A stretch of 64,000 bases of DNA from Setoptus koraiensis (taxonomy: Eukaryota > Animalia > Arthropoda), in the NCBI GenBank assembly GCA_048013815.1, contig CM106586.1:13330001-13394000 (forward strand). Reading direction: 5' to 3'. Below the pieces are notes generated by a model. The model worked only from the letters and a program-made list of their open reading frames with translations. It searched no databases and had not been told where the DNA came from. The position numbers were made by a program, and so were the translations under genes. This document shows positions 1 to 11,068 of this stretch, piece after piece (position 1 is the first letter of the stretch; every line of letters starts with the position of its first letter).

Positions 1-3000
1 AGGCGCACGATGCAACTTTCGCCACTATCGCCGGCATCAGCGGCTTCTCAAGTGCTAATCTGGGCTGATTCGATTGTGATCGCACGGGATCAAATTTGAA
101 TTTGAGAGCCGTTTGAATAGCGCGAGCAATTATGGGATTTTCATTTTTATCCCATCCTGGCCCGGCCTGGCCCGCCACAAACCTAGCACCAGCACAAACC
201 CAGCACCAGCACAACTTAACTAACCGAGTTAATGCGCTAGACGACGACAAAAACGATTAACACGGGCCAAATTCACTTAGGTACTTACTCAGTGCCCAAT
301 CAATGGGACAGGATTAAGGATGATGACGAAACTGATTGAAATCGCTCGCTTGCTTGTCGCGGTTGTTGTCGTCGCGGTTGCCGCTTGTTGTTGTTGTTGT
401 GTCCGACAAAAACGACGATGCTAATCTTGTTCTTTGTGCGCCTAGCAGCTCCATCGCAAATAAATAACCAGAATCGCGATAACGTGGCCGCTATCGCCCA
501 ACGGCATCTGACAATATTGTTGTTAACACCGATCAACAAAACTCTCGAGCAACATGCTAATTTTGACCGTTATCTTTGCCGTTTGCTCAACGTTATCCCC
601 TTATCAACTGTGCGCGTTCGACTATGATCCACTCTGATCCTCTGCGATCCACTGCCCAAAGCCACACAAATGTAAATATGTAAATGCCGAGAGAAGCCAG
701 CACTAAACCACTGAGGCCCGCGCGCACTCAATATCGGCTATTCACACGTGAATACGCCGTTGGTCATACTGTATTTACCTGTCGGTGCAAGCCAGTGCTT
801 TCGATTTACAACTATCCAGTTCGTGGCAACAACCTGTGCCCAAACTGACACCGATGAGGCTGATGATGATTTACTCTCTCTCTCTCTCTCTCCCCCTCTT
901 GCTTCAAAAACTGATCATTTCCACTGAGCGCGCTGTTGTCAAAAAACGATCAACAAAAAAGAAGATTCTTCCACGAGATAAATTGGCATCGAGTGTGTGT
1001 GTGTGTGTGTGATTGACCAGCGATATCCACTGCTGGCCACTGATAAACAGATCAACAGATAGCAACCTATAGCCGAACGCTGATTCCAAGCCAAATCAGC
1101 TATCGACCGAATTGCTGATTCGGTTGCAGCAGTTGGGCCACTGGTGAGAATTGAAATAGATTTTTTTCTCTCATTCGCCTCTATTATTTTGTCGTCATTA
1201 TATGAATATTATTATTTATTATCGTATATTCCTCGTTCTCATTAGTTAGCTGTGCGTCGTGCGTCGTCGTGTTGGTGGTTGCTTTGTTGGTATTGTCGAC
1301 AGCATTAGCATTCATATCATGTGTATATGAATAGCAGTGGCATATGAGTGTGTGAGTGTGTATGTGATCATTTAGAATCTGGAGCTTCCCTGTCAAGTCC
1401 ACTAACTAACGGCACCAGCATTGAACCAGCAACACCAGCGTGCAATTGGCCTGGTCTGCAAAAGGAACTGTAGGTGGTCCAAAGTGTGTGTCTCCGGTGA
1501 AAATATTACCAGCCAAGGAGCAGCGAGAAATAAAAGACAATTCAGGGGATAGTTCAATCACCGTCATTTGCGTCGCTGCTTATAGGTCGTCGATGATGGG
1601 AGGTCAATTGTATATGACTGTCTCTACCAAGAAACCAGGACAAACTGAATTCACGGCCCATGCGATAACGCTGCTGCGTCCAACGGATGCTGGCCGATTA
1701 TTTGTCGAATTATTCATTGTTATTATCGCCATTTAATCATCGCCAACAGTGTTCAACATTGATATCTTTTGTATCTCTTCTTTTGTCTTCTGCTTTGCCT
1801 GTTCACCTATCTCCATAGTCACTGCGTACACTATGTAGCTCACATGGCTGGTATTTGTCGCAGTTTCGACAACAACCTCGGGACAACGGGACCACCCGAC
1901 AGAAAACAGTGTAGACGATGATGAATTGTAACCTAAATTGTGACGTTGTTAGTCCAACAGCACAGACACATTTCATCATCAATTTTTCTGTTGCCTAATC
2001 AGTGCCATTGTTGCTCTTGTTGATATAGTTTCTGCTGCTATCTACCTGAACAGAGCACAAGATTTGTAACTGTAAACACTGTTTTGGTGAAATAAATGGT
2101 GATTTAGAAATTCAGTTTAGCAAATCAGATCTAATTGATTCTCTCAATCCGCTAACACTTTGCAGACTGACAGCTTTAACGCTGGCCAGACTTGACTAGA
2201 GCACAAGCAATTTGTTATAATGCAAATGAGCTCTCTCTGCCTCTCTCGACGCTGTGTGTTCGTTCGTGACGCTGACCCTTGATGGAATACAAGTTGACAT
2301 TATTTGTTGCCAATCCGATGCCTTTTGTCTATTCTTTGGCCTGCTAAATACGTTTAATTTCAACTCACAACTCACAACAGTTGAACGAATACAGTATGTG
2401 CAGAGTATCAACAAGAGAAATCATAACAAAAGAAACTGGAGCAGATATTTCCTTTCATTCCATCTGACTTTCAGAATTGTTAGTGTTGCTGTTAGTGTTG
2501 CCAATGTTGATATTATTGCAACCAATACAATGACTTCACTTTGTCAGTAATATCGGTATATATCGACATATAGATATATATAATGCAGTAGTGTGAATTA
2601 TATACTAATTCACTATGGGCGGTCTCATTTAAACTAAATGATCTCTATTCTTTTCTCTTTCTATTCCAACTTGCTTACTTTACACACTAGATATTAGATG
2701 TATTTTCCAATTCATTGATGGAAGCCAACAACAACAACATTAACAATTTGAGCAACGCAGCCAAACGTTACAATCATTTCTGTTACGCCAATCATATCTG
2801 ATATGTTATATTTAGTTGGTTCACTAATATGTACTCTGATACGACGTAGTTTACATTTAGAGCACAAAACAGCAACAGCAACAACGACAGCAACAACAAC
2901 AAAATGGTCATTTAGTCGGTGGAGACATTGTTTCTAGTTTAGTCTAGAGTCCAGAGTTGATCTTGATTTGTTTTGATTTGATTTAATTTGATCTGGCTCG

Positions 3001-3428
3001 TAGTGATTTGATTCGATTCAGGCAGTAAATTATCCTCCTATAGATCAATTCACAAGCACACAGGTACAGGTTTGATTTGATTCGCAATAAAGACAATGTT
3101 GATTTAAGTTAATCGGTATTAATTTTCCTCTCTTCTAATCCAGTGTCCATAACTATTATTACTGTCGTCGTCTAATACTTGTTACATAATCAATGGATAA
3201 TTATTGAAATAAATTCCTTCATTTACAACGCATAATATATCCAAATCAACCTACTTATTTTCGATCCTATCTAACAACCTTGTATCTTGAGAGAAGTTGG
3301 TTTACTTTTGACGTTTGATGAGAGTTTACTGTTCTTGGATGGAGTGTTGATGATGTCTAGATGTCATAGATTGCTGACTATAAAGTTAATGATTAAACCC
3401 GAGAACGGCAGAAAACTTTCAAACTACG

Positions 3429-3436
3429 CGCCATTT
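3429..3436 (+). promoter_or_regulatory. YY1/Pho-type motif (CGCCATTT) in the SYF2 promoter region
   Basis: CGCCATTT lies ~150 bp upstream of the SYF2 ATG, a common housekeeping-promoter motif. This is a motif match only. Confidence 0.3.
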
Positions 3437-3579
3437 CGGTTGAAAAGAAATGTAGAAGTTTTTGTAAACAACGCACTTGAATCGTATTATATACCTACGA
3501 ACAGACAATCTTCTCCTGCTGGACGTATTTATTATATCATTTTCTACTATTCACTAATTAATTATCACAATATTAAAAT

Positions 3580-4230
3580 ATGGAGGACAAATTAGCCAAG
3601 TTTCGCGAATTGAAAAGACAGCGAGAAACAGCGAGTAAGTTGAATCACATTGAGGTGCTCGAGGAGCGAAGGAAGGCCCAATTGCCTGCAAATTGGGAAA
3701 AGAAACGCGAATGGACAGAGAAAAAAATCCAAGAAGAGGAAGAACGACTGAAAGCTGAGGAAAACGGCCAAGATTACGAAAGATTAAAGCTGCTCCAGGT
3801 GCAATCAGACGAAGCCGAGAGGTGGGATAGAAGAAAGGCAAGCAAAAAAAGGCCAGATCCTGGGTTCTCAGATTATGCTGCAGCCTCCATCAGGCAACAC
3901 GATCGTCTGGTTAAACAAATAAAGCCAGATCTCGAGGCATACGAAGAACTGAAGAAAAAGGTTGGCGAAGAACTGTTTTACGCTAAGGCAGACACTGTTG
4001 TTCATAATGTCATCAAGGATTCTCCAAAGGATATTGACAGAATGGTGGAGGATGTAAATAAGCAAATTGAAGTCAGGAGCAAGCATTCGCGTCGAAGGAA
4101 ATTTGACGATGACGCAGATGTAGACTACATCAATGAAAGAAATATGAGATTCAACAAGAAACTGGAACGCTTCTACAACAAATACACCGAGGAAATCAAG
4201 CAAAATCTCGAAAGAGGTACTGCCATATGA
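3580..4230 (+). CDS. SYF2: Pre-mRNA splicing factor SYF2, intronless, 216 aa
   Basis: ATG 3580 to TGA 4230. Family motifs PDPGFSDY, RRRKFDDDADVDYINERNMRFNKKLERFY and the C-terminal EIKQNLERGTA are present. AATAAA at 4242-4247. Confidence 0.97.
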   Translation: MEDKLAKFRELKRQRETASKLNHIEVLEERRKAQLPANWEKKREWTEKKIQEEEERLKAEENGQDYERLKLLQVQSDEAERWDRRKASKKRPDPGFSDYAAASIRQHDRLVKQIKPDLEAYEELKKKVGEELFYAKADTVVHNVIKDSPKDIDRMVEDVNKQIEVRSKHSRRRKFDDDADVDYINERNMRFNKKLERFYNKYTEEIKQNLERGTAI

Positions 4231-4386
4231 TATTTGTTGGCAATAAAATTTTTTCGAATTTTGCGCCCAGAAACAACAACAAACCAACGTTAGATGAGAA
4301 TGAAGAGACTAATTCGTTCATTTGTGGTCGCGATTAAACAATTTCGCACATCAAGCTTATTTTATATCCGACAGACCTCACTCACA

Positions 4387-4686
4387 ATGGCCACGCAGTT
4401 ACCATTAAATAAAACCGTGTCTGCCAGGCCTCCTGACAAGGGCAGTTTCCCTATTGATCACCTGAGTGAATGCAAACAAACAATGATAGACTATTTAAAA
4501 TGTCTGAAAGACAGTAAGTTCCAGGGAGACAAGTGTCGCGAATTGTCGAAGCAATATCTCAAATGTCGAATGGACAACAACCTCATGGCAAAAGAGGAAT
4601 GGAAGTACTTGGGCTTCAAGGATGATAGCAGCGAGGCCACAATGCCCACAGGATTGAACACAACTCATGGCCAATCGTCCCCATAG
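4387..4686 (+). CDS. COX19: Cytochrome c oxidase assembly protein COX19 (twin CX9C), intronless, 99 aa
   Basis: ATG 4387 (inside the track ORF 4294-4686). PPDKGSFPIDHLSEC-x9-C...C-x9-CRMDNNLMAKEEW is diagnostic of COX19. AATAAA at 4729-4734. Confidence 0.94.
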   Translation: MATQLPLNKTVSARPPDKGSFPIDHLSECKQTMIDYLKCLKDSKFQGDKCRELSKQYLKCRMDNNLMAKEEWKYLGFKDDSSEATMPTGLNTTHGQSSP

Positions 4687-5131
4687 TGGTATTCATGCGA
4701 TCCAGTTTCATATCTTTAGTGAATTCTGAATAAAAATAGCCTCTATGCACTTGTATTTATGTACTCGGATTAGTCAGCGACATATAGATTGATATGAATG
4801 GTGTTACGCCCAAACAATGTGTTTATTCGTTCCTAAAGGCGTTCGAATATGCAACCAATATCTCAGTGGATTCACTATTGATAAGTTAAAACTAGCTGCA
4901 CCATTTCGAATGTGCGTGAGCCACTAGAAGAGACTAAATTTGCGTGAGACGATAAATTATTCATATCGGAATAAATGTTTAAGACAAATAACATCTATAT
5001 TTTCATCCAGATATTTCAATCATTCTAGAAGTCTCGTAGAAAATAGACCAGTGGACAGAATAGTTTGTTGTTGGCATTATCTTCTTGAACCTTACCAAAT
5101 CGTTTATCAGACAACAACAGAAAAGCACAAC

Positions 5132-7285
5132 ATGTCTGGTAGTGTTGTTATTTGCTACAAACTGATCGATAGCAACCCACTGGTCGACAAATTGTATTGG
5201 TCTTCTAACATGGACACATTCATCAGGCAGTATTATTTAGATTGCTTCGCTCAGTTAAGTGACCATCCAGTAGAGACTTTTTTTGACTTTGGTTTGCGTT
5301 TTGTAGGCGCCCAAAAAAATGATCCGAGCGAAAGCGACACAGGATCATTCGATTCAGCATGTAATCAGCAACAAGAAGACGTGAATATCGATAATCCTCA
5401 GATAGTCTCTAAAGAAAATCTCGAAGAGACTCATCTCAGATATAGATCTTATAGAGATGACAGATTATCGCCGACAAGGAGACACAAAGGAGATGGAATT
5501 ATAACGCTGAGAGCAAAAGACAAAAGACGCATACGCTATTTCAATATATTCTATCGTTTTATTGATCTTTGGACCCTGATGCATGAATTTCTGGGTATAA
5601 TAACCACCTCACCTTACAGCTATTATTCGGGTGGTCAATATGCTCTTGGCAAGGCAAGATCAGCACAAATGCTGATGACATTTTTGTTCTTCGGTAACTC
5701 TTATCTTGTTACAACAAAAATGAACAGAACAACCAGTCAGTTCGGCTACACAAATCATATAGAGCCATATGTCAGTCGTAGACAAGCGGCCATTGAGGGC
5801 AGAATAATCAATTTCGACATCAGTGGGCGAGCCTCGAAAATAAAATCACGAGTCTCATTTATTATCATATACTGTCCATTGATTTTAACTGCAGCCATGA
5901 TTTGGAGTCTTGTGTTTCAATTGGGCTTTTCTTCAGACACACCTGGCAAGGCGACAACTGGCGCAAGTTCGTCACTACACAACACCAGGCCTAAAGTAGT
6001 GACAAAAGAATCGACATTGATTTGGTTCGGGATCTATTCTATTTGGGCGGGTACTTCATTGGCACGTCTGTATTTATACGTTTATTATTTTTCAGTAATT
6101 TGTAGCACATTCACTGATGAATTCAAGAAACTCAACATAGATTTGACAAGATTGGCCTCGCACCTCGCTTTGGATCTATTCATCAACAACAATGATGGAG
6201 CAATGCCATTCATGTCTAATAACGATATTGTTGACAACGATGATATAAATAATCCATTGAATCATATAACGCCTCGATATAAAACTACCAGGACACGTGA
6301 AAGGCGCCCCAAAATAAACATCTCCGTCGATACAAATCTAGAGGCGTGTGTAAAGAAGAATCAAGGCAACAAAACTAATGGGTTTAAGAGGCCACACTTG
6401 AATGCATGCAGACCATTGATTGACTTGTATTTGCGTTACAATGAATTGTGCGAGCTCGTTCATAAATCAGACAAGTATTGGTCGGAAATATTCAAATATT
6501 ATTGGCTAGGTAGCTTGCTTTGTCTGAGTCTAACACTTTTCTTCTTGTGTTACGTCAAAGTGGAGTCAGTGGCTGCGTTTAATTTTATGTTTATCACATT
6601 CTGTTTGTTGTCGCTCATATATATAATATCCAATAGTTCTATCGAACTATCGCAACAAGTAAGTGACAAATATAGACAAATAACTGTAAACTGCGAGTGA
6701 TTGTGTCTAACACGAGACAAACAATAATTGTTACTGTTACTGTTGATCCCTCTCGATAGGTGTCCGCTCCAACCGATGTCCTCGAGTACATATTGATGAA
6801 TGTAAAGTTACCTAGCCAAGTGCATCATTATGTAAGTTTGATCAAGATTGTGAGTCATTAGTGCGCCTTCGAATTATCAAATATGTCAAAATTTATCAAT
6901 TGATCCATTGAACCCTTTAACATAATTGTCGTTGCTACTACTATCAGGTGAGGGATTTCTATGAAGAGAGTAAAGGAGATTACGTTGGATTTACAACGAA
7001 GGGTATCAGTGCTCAAGTTATGAATTTCAGAGGCATTGTTTGGGTATGTATTGTGTATTCGTGCTAACTACTGTTAATGAGTATCTACTGTGGTTCGTTA
7101 TTTATTGGACAATATCTCCAACAACATTTTCGATGATACACTAACCAATGCTCACCTCATCCACATACCAGATTTTCAATACCTTTATCACGACCTTTCT
7201 TGTTTATGCCGAGATCTTTCTCACTGTGGTCAAACGCCACAAGGTGTCCTTCACTCACTTGCACGCACAAGAAGACGAAGTGTGA
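5132..7285 (+). CDS. Gustatory-receptor family (7TM chemoreceptor), 4 exons: 5132-6658, 6760-6831 (or -6849), 6948-7043, 7172-7285; ~602 aa
   Basis: Long multi-TM first exon containing YNELCELVHKSDKYWSEIF. Three phase-0 GT-AG introns follow: GTAAGT 6659..GATAG 6759; GTAAGT 6832 or GTGAGT 6850..ATCAG 6947; GTATGT 7044..ACCAG 7171. Splicing gives an open frame ...ELSQQ|VSAPTDVLEYILMNVKLPSQVHHY|VRDFYEESKGDYVGFTTKGISAQVMNFRGIVW|IFNTFITTFLVYAEIFLTVVKRHK...*. C-terminal phase-0 introns and the VGFT motif are hallmarks of arthropod GRs. Confidence 0.8.
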
Positions 7286-10200
7286 TATATCGGGCCAACC
7301 AAATCGGTTCGAAACAGATCCCGGCTCGGAACAAAACTTCGACAAAATGAGCTTGCTTATCAACGCGTCACACGACAGTTGAATGGAAAATATTTAGTAG
7401 CATGGAGTACGAAAAAAGTGCAACGACGAAGAGAAAATTTCAGCAGGGTGTACCCCGATCGCCAAATAACCGACTGCATATAAAACAGAAAAAAAATTCT
7501 AGATATGTCCCACTTCCTCACAGGCTCATAGTCATAGAGGGCCTCGCGAATTTGAATTTCGCCGCAATGAAGAGGACAATATCACGACCAATCCACGATT
7601 CCCTAGAAAGATAGATTTTCCGAAAAAGAGGTTTACCTTGTGAGTCAACTTAACACCTTATTTCATGATCGTAGCGACCTGATTATCATCTATCCACCGA
7701 AAAGGCCAGATTTCTGCATGATTTCTACCGAATTATAGCAAGAATAACCACCGATTCTGTTGGCCCGACCAATTCGAACGTAGGTATCAGCGAGTGACAG
7801 GTATTATGGGCCTAGTTAAAGTCTCTGGGAAGTTCATTGAAACCCTCCCCTAATGTATTTTGTGTTACACACACGGCAATGGGGTCGACAAGAATTTTTT
7901 CAATCGATCCATGAGTGTTTGCTAATTCTTGTTTGAAAGCTGATACGTATCGTCCATTTAAATCCACAACAGCGACGCTGAATTCCGAGAGTATGCACCA
8001 TTGGCCCCATTCCATTTCCAATGCATGATGGGTTGTTTCAAGTTGGGGATTGTCATACAATCACAGGACGCTATCTCATCATGTCGCCCGAACTTGTCCT
8101 ACGAACTTCTGATGGACGTATGATGTCCCCATGATGCTTACAACTATAGCTTACAATAGACCAAAAAGTACAGGCGAATCTTAAAGAAAAATTGAAGCTC
8201 GGCTCGGACTTGAGGCGGAAGCATTTTATTGAGATCTTTCATCTATTAACTTTCCATGCGTTTTTGTTTGTGAAAAATGCTCTACAAGAGAAATTTTCCA
8301 TGATTATTCTAAGCAGAATAAATATTTCCGGGATGGATCAAAAATATTTGTGATCCGTGCCATCCTTGCTACTAATGATCATCTGACGATCTGCTCATCT
8401 TCATAACATAGCCATGTAAAAATAGTGTTTCTTTCATCACAAGTTCGTAGTAGTGATTGGGGGAAACTAGGAAACAGCTTTCCCGAATGGAAAAGCCCGT
8501 TTCCCTTCCCGTTTCGCGCTATGGGAAATCGGCAGGCAAGGGCCCGGGGAAACTCAGCGAGGATAATTCGTCGACAGAAGAAGCAACCACAACACAATAC
8601 AAAGAAGACCGTAGCTGACAAGCCTCGATGCTGGAGCTCAAGTTCTCAATAATAGGCATCTCCTACGCGGGCAACTTCCATCGCCTGCCGAGTCCAATAT
8701 CAGTCTCTATCAACCAGTCTCAACATCGTCCCATCAGCAACTAGCTCCGCAAAATGGTGAGCAAAAGTATAATATGTATCCGCTATATAATAAATAGCAA
8801 TATGCACAACACTTGCGGTCTCGAAATAAAAAGCCCATCCTTAGAGTGAGGCCGCGACGCGGCAACAAGTCGGCATTATGTTATCATCATATAGCAAGAG
8901 CCGCGGAGAGGGAGCGCGAAGAGAATTAAATAAGCTAGAGAGATAATAATAACGACGATGGCTAAATGGCAACATGGTATAAGGCAAAGGTAATTAATTC
9001 ATGTTGCTCCTTGATGATAATTTGTGTGTCTGTATTTGTGTCTTTTTATTGGTTATTATGGCGTTAGGTTAAGGCGAATCTCTTTTGAGTTTCGAGGCTT
9101 GTTACTTGTTTGTGTGTGTTTGTTTGTTGTAATATCATCATATCTATCATTTTTAAAGTATAAAGTGTATCAGAGATAGGAGATGGGAGATAGGAGTGAG
9201 CACAGTGTGTGTTTGTGTGAATAATGACCAGAGCGAAGGCGATAAAAGATTAATGCAAAAAGTGTCCATGTTTATGTAATCCACTCTGCGAGAAGCCACG
9301 GCAGCCACAGCCACAGCCGCGGCAGCAGGGGCAGAGCCAGGCCAAGGTGAGCCTCGAGAAGAAGCTGCGAGCGTGAAGAGAATTCGAAGCAGAAGCAAAG
9401 AAGCGAGCCAGCGAGAATCGGCTGCTAGCGCCAGTGCAAAGAGGAGACTAGTAGCAGCTTAGGCAGCATTGGAAGTGTGTCTAGAGTTAGATTAGATAAT
9501 CAACGTTGGAGCTGTAATCTCATCGCAGAGGTGAGCAGTAGCTTTAAGCCAAAAAGTCATAAGCCAATAATTCATATTGACCTATGCAATTGGTCACCTA
9601 GTTAATACTTGTCATTTGCTAACAGCGGCAGCGGCAGCAGCAACAGCAACAACAACGACATGTCGTCTACCTGTTGCGTTTGGCGCTGGTGCCAGTGGTA
9701 GTGGCAGTTGGAGTTGGGGGATCTTGTGCTGCTGGGCAAGTTCAACTTGTTTCCATCTATCCATCTATTAATTTTTCCTTTCTCATACTTCTTCTCCTTC
9801 TTCTTCGTCTCTTTCCCTTCTAGACTATTAATTCTTTCAAGCCAGCCAGCCGGCCGGCCGACTTGAACAGGACCAATGTAAACAAGTGCGATAACATTAA
9901 ATTCCATTAGTCAAGATGTGGCAAAAGTGTATATTAAACAGCATTAATATATAGCTGATTATAGAGAGAGAGAGAGAGAAAGAGGGAGAGAGTATAAATA
10001 AGAAAGGCATAGAGATAGAGAGAAGGACGGGAATTGGAATTGCCCGATTTGAAGTAAAATGACAAATAAATTCATCTCGTCTTGTCTACTCTTTGCACTC
10101 TCTTGATAGGGCCGTCATCTTGATAAAAACATTCCGATAATTCCAGATAATTCCACCCTCGACCATTATCGCTGCCTGTGATATTCACAACACAGTGCCG

Positions 10201-11068
10201 CCGTTTATAATAATAATAATAAGTTATAAGTTAATGGCCCGTTTATTATCCAAAGGGGCCAAACGATTGTGCATTGGCGATAGTCGGGCGAGTTGCGCTT
10301 TGTTTGTTGGTTTTGCTTCGCAGCAAATAGACGAGCCACAAACTAACAAGTGAGTGCGACTGTAAACAGAAAACTTTTTATCTCTGGCTAGACCGATACG
10401 CACAACGACACACGCAACGACACACACAACGATACTCGCAACGACAATATTACAGCCCGTAATTTACAGGTAAATACAGTGAATATCTCAACTACAGTTA
10501 TGACTAAAAACAACACAGATAAACTATAAACTCGACAACTGTACAACTGCACTACCACTGCTAGCCCCACTACTACTGGCGGTAATATTCCTAATTACCG
10601 CATTGGCATAACTGCCACAGAATTCACTTTTAATTAATAATAATAAATAAAATACTCGCCCACGCCAATATCAAAAATATCAAAACAATCATACGCAATC
10701 GGCACATTCAGCAAGCCGACACTAATCAACTGCTAATTGGCACTAACTTAGTCACACAGTCGCTGCTATACATTTGTTTCTATTGGTGGTATATCATTTG
10801 CCTGCCTGCCTGCTTGCTAGTTTGCCCGTTTGCCAGGTTATCGCTGATTTATTTTAATATTTTCAATAGAGCAATGAATCATTTGAAAGTTTTTCGTTAT
10901 TCGTTTCTCGTTCGTTGTTGACAACTGTCAACTCGTCACCTCGACAAGCTCTCACTCGACTTGACTCGCGATCAACTTAATATTCGGCAATCGTGTCGAC
11001 TGGCAAAAAACTGTCGCCAACGATCGCTGACAAAGTCAATGGCAGTGTCAAATCAAATTAAAATCAGC

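Noticed and set aside
4940-5131. Upstream extension of the GR ORF in the track
   Set aside because: TTG start; the first ATG is 5132.
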